Shown: one piece after another, positions 9,520 through 19,387 of the stretch
How positions within the stretch are numbered: position 1 is the stretch's first letter
Layout of the letters: every line of letters starts with the position of its first letter
Source of the DNA: Promethearchaeota archaeon
GTDB lineage: Archaea > Asgardarchaeota > Lokiarchaeia > Sigyniarchaeales > SOKP01
Direction of reading: 5' to 3'
DNA length: 64,000 bases
Assembly (NCBI GenBank): GCA_019058295.1
Contig: JAHPZI010000021.1
Location: 192,001-256,000, forward strand
Notes under the pieces: generated by a model
What the model was told of the DNA's origin: nothing
The model's input: the letters and a program-made list of their open reading frames with translations, nothing else
Databases searched by the model: none
Translations under genes and position numbers: made by a program

Positions 9520-10794
9520 TTGCTGAGCGAAAGGTGTAAAATAAATTTGAATGATCAAGAAGATAAAATATTAGATCAAAAGGACAGAAAAAAGTTCGAT
9601 TTTTTAGGAGATAATCCTGTTGAACGGATTGAAGCGACAACGGAAATACCTATAATGTATTATGCATTGAACACTACTCCGAGAAAAGAGCATCCGTTTA
9701 ATGTTTATAATGATATAAAATCTGAACCAACCGCAGTAGGAAAGACCCTTGAGGTTGTTGTTGATTCAGTAAATAAAGTTGCAGATGAATTCATAAGACG
9801 AGATATAAGTCATATAGTCGGAATAGGAATGGGAACTAGTCAGTTTGTTATGCAATCGTCTGGTCCTGCATTTTGGGAATGGGCACACATTACATCAGAG
9901 GATAGAGATTCTGTAGAATGTCTTACCGTCGATAAACCCTATGATTTTCAACATACTGCTCTGTTTGCTTACAGTGGTAGTGGGAGCACAGCGGACACAA
10001 TCGCAGCAACAAAAAAGATCCATGAGAAGGGAGCATATTGTATTGCCTTAACATCAGTAGCAGAAAGCCCGATCACTAAGGAGTGTGATGATACAATTGC
10101 CTGCGCAGGGGGCTTTGATACTGGGGGATCTGATACATTTCATTATGCAACTAGATTAGCGGCAAGCTTATTATTAGCTATAGTTCTTGGAGAAAAGAAA
10201 GGGATAAGCGATATTAATTTCACAGATCTGAGAAAGAAATTATATGAAATACCGAAATTTATGGCAGAAAGATGGGAGTATAATGAAGAACGATGTAAAA
10301 GTGTAGCAAAATATTATTCTCATGTAAGAAGTATAATTATTGTCGGGGCAGGTCCTAATTTTGGTACTGCTGAAGAAATGGAACTTAAGTTCGAAGAAAT
10401 GGCACATATCCCTGCAAAATCTATGGTTCCAACGAGGCATCTTCACGGTGCTATAGGATTAACTGATGAAAAAATACTGACAATTCTGCTCTATCCCAAA
10501 AATAATTCAGAAAAATGGTTTGACCAAATTGCTAAATTTACGCAGATGATTAAAAGTCCATGCATTGCAATTTTACCGGATGATGAAGATAAAATCGCAC
10601 CATTGATGGATTGGGTATGGAGAACACCCGTTGATACCGAGCATCTTTTTGCTCTGTATGTAGTTCCAATCATTCAATTATATCCATACATGTGTGCTGT
10701 AGAACAAGGTGATATTAATCCCGACTGCCAAAAATCGAATATTCCTAAACACGCAAGAGCCTGGTCCATGATATTAAAACCAGGTGGTCATTGA
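9520..10794 (+). CDS. Double SIS-domain sugar-phosphate isomerase/deglycase (GlmS C-terminal/FrlB-like); likely start TTG at 9547
   Basis: GMGTS, SGSGST..T, GAGPNFGTAEE..LKFEE and HLHG; no glutaminase domain. Confidence 0.8.
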   Translation: MLSERCKINLNDQEDKILDQKDRKKFDFLGDNPVERIEATTEIPIMYYALNTTPRKEHPFNVYNDIKSEPTAVGKTLEVVVDSVNKVADEFIRRDISHIVGIGMGTSQFVMQSSGPAFWEWAHITSEDRDSVECLTVDKPYDFQHTALFAYSGSGSTADTIAATKKIHEKGAYCIALTSVAESPITKECDDTIACAGGFDTGGSDTFHYATRLAASLLLAIVLGEKKGISDINFTDLRKKLYEIPKFMAERWEYNEERCKSVAKYYSHVRSIIIVGAGPNFGTAEEMELKFEEMAHIPAKSMVPTRHLHGAIGLTDEKILTILLYPKNNSEKWFDQIAKFTQMIKSPCIAILPDDEDKIAPLMDWVWRTPVDTEHLFALYVVPIIQLYPYMCAVEQGDINPDCQKSNIPKHARAWSMILKPGGH

Positions 10795-11739
10795 CTGGGG
10801 TTTAAAATCGGCATTGTAGGTCCTTTAAATGTGGACTTAATAATGCGTGGGAGCGCTCCAACTGATATTAACGAATTGAACAACTGGGCGGGACCTTCTG
10901 ATGTACATTGCCTTACTGCTGGGGCTGCTGGATACATATCACAAAATCTTAAGAAATTGGGTAATGACATTCATATAGTATCCTGCCTTGGTGATGACCC
11001 GTTTGGTGTCATGATACTGAACTCGCTAGAGAAAATTGGGATCAATCCTCAGTTTATTCAAATTGAAAAAGGAAAACTTGGAGCAATCGGGATTTTTATA
11101 TTGCTATTTGAAAATAAAAAAAGACCGTTCACCTTCAGGTTGCCTACTCATCATGGATGGCCTCCTAAATTCGATAAAAAGACTAAAAAGCATTTATTAG
11201 ATGTTGATTTATTCCATTCTGCAGGATATCTTCATTTTTCTGATTTATGGAATACTGAAATCCTTGATCTCTTCAAAGAGGCTAAAAAGAGAGGCATTAA
11301 GACGTCTATCGATCCCCAATTCCCTTTAATCGATCTGAAACCTCCTTGGATTAAAATGATGGAATCGTTAATTCAATATATTGATATTATAATGGTTGAC
11401 GAAAATGAGGCTCTAAATTTAACAGGAAAAAATAATGTAGAAGATGCGGCGGAAGAACTTTTTGCTGCCGGATTTAAAATAATAGCAATAAAGCAAGGAG
11501 CCAATGGTGTCTTGGTAAAAAATTCCACCGAAAAACAACAAATTCCTGCAATCCCTCCTAAAAAGTTTATCGATAGCATCGGAGCAGGTGATTCTTTTGA
11601 TGCGGGATTCCTTCAAGGGTTATTGGAAGAAAAAGATTTAATCACTGCAACAAAAATGGGTGTTACAGCAGCAACCATGAGTATTGAAGGGACAGGAGGC
11701 ACTGAAACGTTTCCTGAAAGGAAAGATTTGAAATTTTAA
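10795..11739 (+). CDS. PfkB-family carbohydrate kinase; probable CTG start at 10795
   Basis: N-terminal KIGIVGPLNVD strand lies upstream of the track's GTG at 10831; DSIGAGDSF signature. Confidence 0.88.
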   Translation: MGFKIGIVGPLNVDLIMRGSAPTDINELNNWAGPSDVHCLTAGAAGYISQNLKKLGNDIHIVSCLGDDPFGVMILNSLEKIGINPQFIQIEKGKLGAIGIFILLFENKKRPFTFRLPTHHGWPPKFDKKTKKHLLDVDLFHSAGYLHFSDLWNTEILDLFKEAKKRGIKTSIDPQFPLIDLKPPWIKMMESLIQYIDIIMVDENEALNLTGKNNVEDAAEELFAAGFKIIAIKQGANGVLVKNSTEKQQIPAIPPKKFIDSIGAGDSFDAGFLQGLLEEKDLITATKMGVTAATMSIEGTGGTETFPERKDLKF

Positions 11740-11876
11740 ATTTTTTCTTTATAAATTTCCAAGGAATTTATTTATAAATTCTTCCACATAATGCGATAAA
11801 TCTGAAAAAGAAATAATAATTGTTACATTTTTTAATTTTCCTTGTTTGTTATAACTTAGAATAAAGAAAAACGATT

Positions 11877-12566
11877 TTGTTAGTAATGTCTAAAATCCTT
11901 GAAGAACTAGAAGAGCTATTTAAAAGTGAAACAATAAAACCCTCCTTTGAGATTGTTCACGTAATTTTAGCAATATTTATATTTGGAGAAAATCGAGATG
12001 GAATTGGTAGATATCGTCTTGAGAAGGAATTATTAATCGGTTCGGGAACCTCTAAATCTCTCATTAAGAGATTGAATAAAAATATTAATTTTATTTCGGT
12101 TTTGGATGAAAATATAAGGAAGGGCCATGTTTTAACTAAGGAGGGGTTAGACTTCATGGAAAAGATAAAACAGATAATCCCTTTTATCAGAGAGGGTGAT
12201 CTTTCAATTTTACAGGAAACGATTATCGATATGGAAAATAATAAAGTATGCTTCTGTCAAGTCAAGAACTATGGTGATAAATTGACTAACGGTATAGAGC
12301 AGAGAGATGCTGCTATAAAGGTTGGTGGTCTTGGGGCAACATGTCTTGTTTATGATGGAAAACAATTAGTTTTTCCATCTGGTTATAATGTCAATACAGA
12401 ACGGGCAGATTCGATCGTTAACGAAAGTGTTTATGAATATTTTAAAAGAGAAATCAATAAATTAGATTCAAAATTAGAACCTAACGATGTATTAATTATT
12501 GGATTAGGAGAAAATTTTGAAAGTGCAAGGTTAGCAACAGTTAATGCTGCACTAACATTATTTTAA
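11877..12566 (+). CDS. Winged-helix protein, DUF4443-like
   Basis: IGRYRLEKELLIGSG..KSLIKRL wHTH; GIEQRDAAIKVGGLGAT. Confidence 0.65.
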   Translation: MLVMSKILEELEELFKSETIKPSFEIVHVILAIFIFGENRDGIGRYRLEKELLIGSGTSKSLIKRLNKNINFISVLDENIRKGHVLTKEGLDFMEKIKQIIPFIREGDLSILQETIIDMENNKVCFCQVKNYGDKLTNGIEQRDAAIKVGGLGATCLVYDGKQLVFPSGYNVNTERADSIVNESVYEYFKREINKLDSKLEPNDVLIIGLGENFESARLATVNAALTLF

Positions 12567-12588
12567 TATAAATTAATTAGGGAATAAT

Positions 12589-13065
12589 ATGAAATTATTG
12601 GAAGATATTAAATTCATCATAGATGATAAGATTTTAAAGAAACTAACTAAATGTGTGAAAAATGCCAGTCCTTACGAAGCATGTGGGCTAATTTTTGGTG
12701 AAATTAATGAAAAAAAAGTAGAAGATGGATTTCAATATCATTATTTAGGGCAAAGATTTGAATGTATTAAATCGACCAATAAGTCTACTGTAGCCTTCTT
12801 AATAGATAATATAGAAGAATTGAATGAACTATATAAAACGGCTGCTGAAAAATATAATAAACGGCTAATTAGCATTTTTCATTCCCATCCGGCTGGTTCC
12901 TCTCCAAGTGGCGTAGATACGGATAACATGAAACATTTAAATGAATTTAAGCTTTTTAAAAACTTAATTTGGACAATTATGAGTGCTGGAAATTACGATC
13001 TAAATGGATTTATTTACCTTAATGAAGAATTTTTCCAAATTCTCGTAGAAATAAATAAAGAGTAA
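12589..13065 (+). CDS. JAB1/MPN/Mov34 (JAMM) metalloprotease
   Basis: EACGLIFG plus HSHPAGSSPSGVD (HxH-x7-S-x2-D). Confidence 0.9.
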   Translation: MKLLEDIKFIIDDKILKKLTKCVKNASPYEACGLIFGEINEKKVEDGFQYHYLGQRFECIKSTNKSTVAFLIDNIEELNELYKTAAEKYNKRLISIFHSHPAGSSPSGVDTDNMKHLNEFKLFKNLIWTIMSAGNYDLNGFIYLNEEFFQILVEINKE

Positions 13066-13111
13066 AATTTGGGCGGATAAAAAATTCAGTGATGCCAAAC
13101 CGATTTAAAAA

Positions 13112-14335
13112 TCATTTTTTTCGAAATTTCTCGCTGTCTCTTCCTTTTTTTGGAATGACCTCTTCACCTATTACTTCTTGTTCTCCTTCTTTTCTAAAAG
13201 GTTTTACGGGTTTAGACTCATCGAGCGCCATGTCACATGCCCAACACGCATTCTCCAGATTCACTAAGGCATTATAACATTTTTGGCAGTAAAATATTTC
13301 ACATCCTCGGCATATAAAATTCATTCCTAGAATATTTCCCTTACATACCACACAAATTTTCTTTTCCTTAGATATTGATACTTCTTCTTCAGTGAGTTTT
13401 TGAGATTTAACGAACATAGCTAAGATGTCTGGGGCATCTTTATCTAATTCGTGTGATTGTTGGTGTTTTGCAAGTTTTACAATTTGATAGATAGAATAAG
13501 AAGTAAACAGGAGGAGCATGGTTTCGAAACCTAAAAGCATAAGGAGAAACTCAAATGGTAAATGTTTGGTTATAGCAATGCTTATAAACCATACAAATGT
13601 AGAGATAAAGTAGCCAGAGATCATTGTCCAGTAAAGTATAGACCGTCTAAAGTATTGCGGGCTAATCCTTGTAGGGGCGATAAACACGAGAGATCCTATA
13701 ATGTAAAAGATAGGGGCCAGTTCTATAGGAGTGATTTCAAGTTCTTTGACTACTTTAGAGTCGAAACCCTGACCTATTATGACGAGCAAAAGTCCAAACA
13801 CCATTATCATTGAGATGGCTTGATATTCAGCTCGAGATCTTTTAGCGAATATGAATAACATGAATGCAAGCATAGTAACATTTAGAAAAATTGCCACATA
13901 CTCAACGTTTATAGCTAAATCAATGGGTAAAAAGAGGATTAAGAAGATTAACACAAAATTTATTAGTATTAGCAGATATCTCATTCGCTTAAGCAAGCTT
14001 TCAGCAAAAAAATACATAAAAGTAATACCAATTATATATGATATATGGGCCATTTTAACTAACATGAGATATGTTTGATTATTTGTATTATAAGTTCCAT
14101 AAAAAGTAGTGCCAATAAAATTTCCGGGCACATATAAATCACTTATAAAGAAGAAAATCCTCATAAAAGCAATGCCTAAGAATGTAAATGAGATTCCTAA
14201 AAAAATCTTTTTTTCTTCACTTTTTTCTTTTTTTTGAGCTAGAACTATGAAGTAAATAGTTATGAGAAATAATATTGAAATTGACACTCCCCATAACGCA
14301 CGTTCTATAGGATTATATATTGGAAAATTAGTCAT
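13112..14335 (-). CDS. Multi-pass (about 9 TM) membrane protein with C-terminal C4C4 RING-like zinc finger
   Basis: Hydrophobic segments followed by CVVC-x10-CRGC-x4-CQKC-x10-CWAC. Confidence 0.75.
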   Translation of the reverse strand: MTNFPIYNPIERALWGVSISILFLITIYFIVLAQKKEKSEEKKIFLGISFTFLGIAFMRIFFFISDLYVPGNFIGTTFYGTYNTNNQTYLMLVKMAHISYIIGITFMYFFAESLLKRMRYLLILINFVLIFLILFLPIDLAINVEYVAIFLNVTMLAFMLFIFAKRSRAEYQAISMIMVFGLLLVIIGQGFDSKVVKELEITPIELAPIFYIIGSLVFIAPTRISPQYFRRSILYWTMISGYFISTFVWFISIAITKHLPFEFLLMLLGFETMLLLFTSYSIYQIVKLAKHQQSHELDKDAPDILAMFVKSQKLTEEEVSISKEKKICVVCKGNILGMNFICRGCEIFYCQKCYNALVNLENACWACDMALDESKPVKPFRKEGEQEVIGEEVIPKKGRDSEKFRKK

Positions 14336-14555
14336 TTTTTTTTATTTTTTAATTTAATTTCATTAATTATTAGGGTTTTATTCCACTATGATTTTTAGGT
14401 TAAGTTAAATTTAACAGTATTGTATTTAATAATTATTATTACAATGCTGTATAAAAATCCTTTCGAAAAAAGTTACCGGATTTTCTGTAAAATCTCAATT
14501 TTTTTGAATTATTACTGGATTATATAACGCCCTAAAATTTTATAATCCAAATTAT

Positions 14556-15188
14556 TTATTGAATTTGATTATAACCATCTTTATCTATGGAACATATTTG
14601 TATCTTAAATCCTGAAGCAGCATCTCTTTCCCTTGACGCTGAAATGGCGGTCTTTATTAAATCTATCCCTTCAGTTATAGACATTTCTTTCTTCCAATCT
14701 GCTTCTAATACGCCCAAAGAAAAAGGAGAACCGGAGCCAAAAGAGATATATTTATCTTCTTCAAAAAGTGTGCCTAATAAATCTATTCCATAAAGCACAC
14801 CCTTCTTCTCTTCAAGAGAATACCCGCCTACAATCATCAGTGAGAGAAAATAAGACCGTCCTGAAAAGAGTATGTTTCTTGTTGTATTTGCTATATATTT
14901 AGGTTCGGGTACTTGGCCCTCCTCTACTTGTTTCAATCTGGATAATGCTTGTATTTGATTAATTACATATTGGCAATCAGCAACACCACCAGATATAGTA
15001 GCGGCAGTATATTTATTGATTTCAAATAATTTGCGCGCCTGCTTCGTTGCTACCATATAACCAGCTGTTGCTTGAGACTCGGTGCCAATTACGACTCCTT
15101 CTTTTACAATTAAACCTACGGTTGTAGTGCCTGATATAACTTTTTTTAAGTTATCTTCATCTAAATTGGTAGAATTATTTTCCATCAT
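14556..15188 (-). CDS. psmB: 20S proteasome beta subunit
   Basis: Propeptide then SG|TTTVG, ISGGVAD, GSGS and RDAASG. Confidence 0.95.
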   Translation of the reverse strand: MMENNSTNLDEDNLKKVISGTTTVGLIVKEGVVIGTESQATAGYMVATKQARKLFEINKYTAATISGGVADCQYVINQIQALSRLKQVEEGQVPEPKYIANTTRNILFSGRSYFLSLMIVGGYSLEEKKGVLYGIDLLGTLFEEDKYISFGSGSPFSLGVLEADWKKEMSITEGIDLIKTAISASRERDAASGFKIQICSIDKDGYNQIQ

Positions 15189-15257
15189 ATCATTTTATTT
15201 AAAAGAACAGAACTAAATATATTTTTCTTTTAATATTTTAAACCTAAAATTTTTGAT

Positions 15258-15737
15258 TCATTTCTCCTCTCGTGTCTGAGTGTTATCCACTTGATCCATT
15301 CGTTTAATGTCAATAAAGATCATAAGGCCGCTTCCAATGGCTCCACCTAGGGCTCCAAATAATGTTCCAAATAACAAGATTATTATAAAAAGAATCCATC
15401 CGTACCCTAACTCACCAAAAATTAAGCCCGCAAATTGATCTAAATTAGCGTAAGCATTTCGAGTAATAATAGCAAAGGTCATATAAATTAACCAGACTAT
15501 TGTAACTCCTAAAGCACCACTATATATTCCACGTTTCATCTTTTTATTAAAAATTCCAGCAACCAACCCTGGAATTATAATTAACTGCCATATTTCTACA
15601 AATGTAAGAAAAAATGTAATAATAACCGCAAAAAAAGTCCCAATTAAAAAATTTATTCGAGCTAGTTTGATTTCTGGATTAATCTCTTTGTTTTCAGAAC
15701 CAATATTAAGTTTTCTTCTTATTTTCTTGAGAGCTAT
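15258..15737 (-). CDS. Small integral membrane protein; probable ATA start at 15737 (track start TTG 15566 is internal)
   Basis: Frame is open up to the upstream gene's TGA (15744) and adds a TM helix (NFLIGTFFAVIITFFLTFVEIWQLIIIPG). Confidence 0.6.
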   Translation of the reverse strand: MALKKIRRKLNIGSENKEINPEIKLARINFLIGTFFAVIITFFLTFVEIWQLIIIPGLVAGIFNKKMKRGIYSGALGVTIVWLIYMTFAIITRNAYANLDQFAGLIFGELGYGWILFIIILLFGTLFGALGGAIGSGLMIFIDIKRMDQVDNTQTREEK

Positions 15738-15743
15738 TTTTAT

Positions 15744-18587
15744 TCACCTTTTTTTGATCCATTGAACCAATGAATGATTCCACTCTTTAATTTTTGAAAT
15801 CTTCTCTTTCTTTTTGATCCATTGAATTAATATATTTCTCTCCTCTTTAATTTTTGAAATCATCTCGTTCTTTTTGATCCATTGAACTAATACATTTCTC
15901 TTTTCATTGATTTTTGGAATTATAGCATTCTTTCTTATCCAGCGAATCTCTATGATGCTAATAATCCCAATAATTAAGAAAATTATTGTAAAAGCTATCC
16001 ATTTGAGAGCTTTTTCAGCCGGAATAAAATGAAGTTGAGATTCAATTTTACTTTCAGGAAAATCTTCAATATCATCATAAAAATATTGAGGATGATATTC
16101 TCCTTCTAAAAATAATTTTAATTGGTCGTCGTAATGTTTGGAGTTTGAGTAACCACGTTGTCCAGAGGGAATTACACTTAAACAATTTTCAAGATCGCTA
16201 AAGTCGATAATCATTCTCTCTGAAGCTCCTCCTCTTGCGCTTCCTTCCCCATCGCTTATATCTACCCAAGAAGGAGTAATAGTATATCCTTCTCCATCCA
16301 ATTCATAAGGCCCTTTACTAAAAGTTTCTATTTCTAAAAGATGTTCAAAATACCCTTTATGTAGTTTTCCCCACTCCCAATCATCTACGTCATCTGAATC
16401 GTAGAAATCTTCAAGCCAATCAACCGTATCTAATAATGCTCTTAGAATAATATCATCTCTCTTTTCAACTTTGAGGGTAAAAATATCGTCAAACCATATT
16501 GAATTTGGATCTTCCCTGGTTAATTTTTCTAACACATTTAATTGAACATACTGATAAGCATCTAACGCATCAAATTCGTCTTCAAATGTATACTCCATAT
16601 AGAAATCGCGCCATTTGCGGTATATTGTAGGAGCAGATTTATCTTTATCCATGTCAAATTGCCAAGATTTAAGATGTGTATAAATTTGATTTATAATGGG
16701 AGCTTTTTCAAAAAACCCACTATTTTCAATTACATTGATTAAATAGGGTGTAAAAGATTCTGCGGCAGTGGATGTTATATCTAGTTGGATTTGTTTCATC
16801 GTTTCTACGCTTACACTCCCATCTTCAGAACCATTAAGTAATTCATTAATTCGTCTCGCTCGATAGCCTGCAGCATATTCTTGTTGAAGGAAATACTTTT
16901 TATATTCAGGACCTACAGCTATTTGGTTTGCAGAAGCCAGATAATGCTGGTCTGGATTTTCTGTATGGGGTAATTCTTCAAAAGGAATGTATCCAATCCA
17001 TTCGCCTTCGCTGCTCGATCCATCGTATGGGAAGGTTCCATTTTCATTTCCAGCTCTTATAGGCACTACTCCAGTTGGTCTAATTCCGATATTACCGTAT
17101 ATATCGCCATAGATCATATTCTGAGCGGGATTGACAAACCATTTTGAAGCTTCGTCAAATTCTGCTCTATTTGTCGCAAAAAAGAATTCATAAAATGCTA
17201 GAGCTTCGTATGTTATAGCATTAGCAGTCCATCTGGGGGCTATTACTATATTTTCATAATCAAGAGAGTCTGGAACCGCATCATCTAAGAAATCGTTTAA
17301 GACAGGACCATGCACGGTTTCTTTCACTTTAAATTCCACTGGATCTTTATCTTTTACGGGAATCTCATATTCTCTTGTTGTATATTTTTTTACCTGGCCA
17401 TTATGAATATAATGATTAGAATCTATCTCATTGTAATAGTACCAGTCTAAAACATCATATCCCGTGTTGGTGAAGCCCCAAGCGATATGTTCGTTATGTC
17501 CAACAATAACGAGTGGCACTCCTGGAAGTGTGAATCCATAGATATTTATCTCCGGATCTTCACACACGCCGTGGAATTCGTACCAAATACCTGGCATTGT
17601 CCAAGCCAAATGCATATCATTGCAGAGAATCGGAAAGCCTGTATCACTTTTTATGCCGTCGACTGCCCAGTTGTTCGATCCTAGGATATTCTGTTTTTTT
17701 AGATTTATTAATTGGTTTTCTGATTCAATATTTTCAACATTGGTTAGAAAACGTGATATAGCATTTAACGCTGAAGAACTTGGGTTTGGTTCATTATGTA
17801 GATTTAATGTATCTTCGTAAGATCCATAATTAGGGCAGATTGGTATTTGATATGGCTGAAAAGGACTATATAATTCATTATATCTCTGTTGTCCTAATGC
17901 CTCAAAATTGATCAATCTATACAAGTCATTGTAATCCCAAGTAAGCATATACGCCATGTACTTTGCGAAACATAATGAATCTGTCATTGTCCATTCAGTT
18001 GGCTTAAAACCCAATATTGCAAATTCGATGGGGAGCTCATTTTGGTGGGTATCTATATAGTAATTAATTCCATCGACATATCGTTTAAAAGAATCTAAAA
18101 AATCAATTTCCCCTCTTTCGTCTTTTTCTTCTAACATTTCAAGTGTTTTTTTCGCCCAATATTCCATTCCTAATGCTAGATTGTATTTATCGGATTCTAA
18201 CATCATCTCACCCGCAATTTCAGATAATCTTCCTCTGATAAGCCTTCTAACCATCTCCATTTGAAATAATCTATCTTGGGCATGGACATACCCCGCCGCA
18301 AACATTAAATCCTCTTCGTCTGACCCGTAAATGTGAGGTATGCCCCAGACATCACGATAAACCGTGATTTCATCATTTAGATCCTCAACATATAATGTAT
18401 CGTGCTCTGGAACCTCTCCTGGGACATTCCATACACCATTACCCGGAAAAAGGATATTTCCAAGAGGAGCAACAGGAGATCCAGTAAGCATTGCAATTAA
18501 TGGAAGGGAAAAAACTGAGTAGGTTAATCCAGTAATAAATCCAACGATAATTAGTTTTTTAACAATTACTTTTTCTTGCTTTTTCAT
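15744..18587 (-). CDS. Penicillin-acylase-family Ntn hydrolase, membrane anchored
   Basis: RDVWGIPHIY, GYVHAQDRLFQME, G|SNNWAV nucleophile, NDMHL; N- and C-terminal TM segments. Confidence 0.92.
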   Translation of the reverse strand: MKKQEKVIVKKLIIVGFITGLTYSVFSLPLIAMLTGSPVAPLGNILFPGNGVWNVPGEVPEHDTLYVEDLNDEITVYRDVWGIPHIYGSDEEDLMFAAGYVHAQDRLFQMEMVRRLIRGRLSEIAGEMMLESDKYNLALGMEYWAKKTLEMLEEKDERGEIDFLDSFKRYVDGINYYIDTHQNELPIEFAILGFKPTEWTMTDSLCFAKYMAYMLTWDYNDLYRLINFEALGQQRYNELYSPFQPYQIPICPNYGSYEDTLNLHNEPNPSSSALNAISRFLTNVENIESENQLINLKKQNILGSNNWAVDGIKSDTGFPILCNDMHLAWTMPGIWYEFHGVCEDPEINIYGFTLPGVPLVIVGHNEHIAWGFTNTGYDVLDWYYYNEIDSNHYIHNGQVKKYTTREYEIPVKDKDPVEFKVKETVHGPVLNDFLDDAVPDSLDYENIVIAPRWTANAITYEALAFYEFFFATNRAEFDEASKWFVNPAQNMIYGDIYGNIGIRPTGVVPIRAGNENGTFPYDGSSSEGEWIGYIPFEELPHTENPDQHYLASANQIAVGPEYKKYFLQQEYAAGYRARRINELLNGSEDGSVSVETMKQIQLDITSTAAESFTPYLINVIENSGFFEKAPIINQIYTHLKSWQFDMDKDKSAPTIYRKWRDFYMEYTFEDEFDALDAYQYVQLNVLEKLTREDPNSIWFDDIFTLKVEKRDDIILRALLDTVDWLEDFYDSDDVDDWEWGKLHKGYFEHLLEIETFSKGPYELDGEGYTITPSWVDISDGEGSARGGASERMIIDFSDLENCLSVIPSGQRGYSNSKHYDDQLKLFLEGEYHPQYFYDDIEDFPESKIESQLHFIPAEKALKWIAFTIIFLIIGIISIIEIRWIRKNAIIPKINEKRNVLVQWIKKNEMISKIKEERNILIQWIKKKEKISKIKEWNHSLVQWIKKR
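15750..15945. repeat. About 3.3 copies of a 60-bp tandem repeat encoding a 20-aa basic tail unit
   Basis: tttttgatccattgaa at 15751, 15811 and 15871; protein ISKIKE.RN.L.QWIKK repeats. Confidence 0.9.
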
Positions 18588-18783
18588 TTTAAAGATTAAA
18601 AAAATCTATTTGTTTTATTTATAACTCTAATTTTTATACCACTATTATAATTACATTTAAAAATATTTTAAATTAAATTTTTTGGCTTAAAATTAATTTA
18701 TTGAATATTGAATATGAAAAAACTTTAAAGATATTGTTTATTAGCAATAATATTGAATTAGAATTAGAACGGTTTAATTCCTA

Positions 18784-19161
18784 ATGGCAAGAAGTCAGTG
18801 GAGAAGCAGAAGAAAATTTACGGGAAAGAAATATAGACATTCACGTAAAAAAAGAAAAAGAGAATTAGAAAGACCTCCAATTAACACAGTAATTGGGACA
18901 GATCGAAAGAAAGAGCAACGAGTAATGGGAGGTAATAGTAAGCTAAAGTTGTTTTCTTCTGTTTTTGTAAATGTGACTGACCTTAATACCAATAAAACTT
19001 CGAAAGTGAAAATATTAAAATTTGAAAGCAACGAGGCATCTTTAGATTTGAATCGAAGACACATTCTTACACGGGGAGCTGTGGTTGAGACTGAACTTGG
19101 TAAAGCAAAGATTACTAGCCGTCCAGGTCAACACGGAGTTTTAAACGCAGTTTTAATATAA
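18784..19161 (+). CDS. rps8e: Ribosomal protein S8e
   Basis: RKKRKRELER, GGNSK, AKITSRPGQHGVLNAVL. Confidence 0.97.
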   Translation: MARSQWRSRRKFTGKKYRHSRKKRKRELERPPINTVIGTDRKKEQRVMGGNSKLKLFSSVFVNVTDLNTNKTSKVKILKFESNEASLDLNRRHILTRGAVVETELGKAKITSRPGQHGVLNAVLI

Positions 19162-19387
19162 ATCCTTCTTAAAGAAGTTCTTATTTTACCAGTATCATAA
19201 TCATTCTTTTTTTAGGCATTACTATGCCAAGATCATTCAATAATATGATGAAATTTAAGTTATGAGGATTTGTAAATACAATTCTAATTGAAAATTTTCT
19301 TGTCAAAAATCAATCCTTATGATTTTAAATAAGACACGAATCTTATTTAATATGTAAAATTTATAATTTTTCTAATAATGAGGAGGG

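Noticed and set aside
10792-15746. In-frame TGA codons at 10792 and 15744 read as selenocysteine
   Set aside because: Neither sits at a Cys-equivalent catalytic position, both fall at natural protein ends, and I could not identify a SECIS-like hairpin downstream.
15750-15945. 60-bp periodic repeat considered as a CRISPR array
   Set aside because: No unique spacers, the period is a multiple of 3 inside a CDS, and no cas genes are present.
19181-19306. 41-aa minus-strand ORF (TTG start) between rps8e and the longin-like gene
   Set aside because: Short, no recognisable motif, and could arise by chance in AT-rich DNA.
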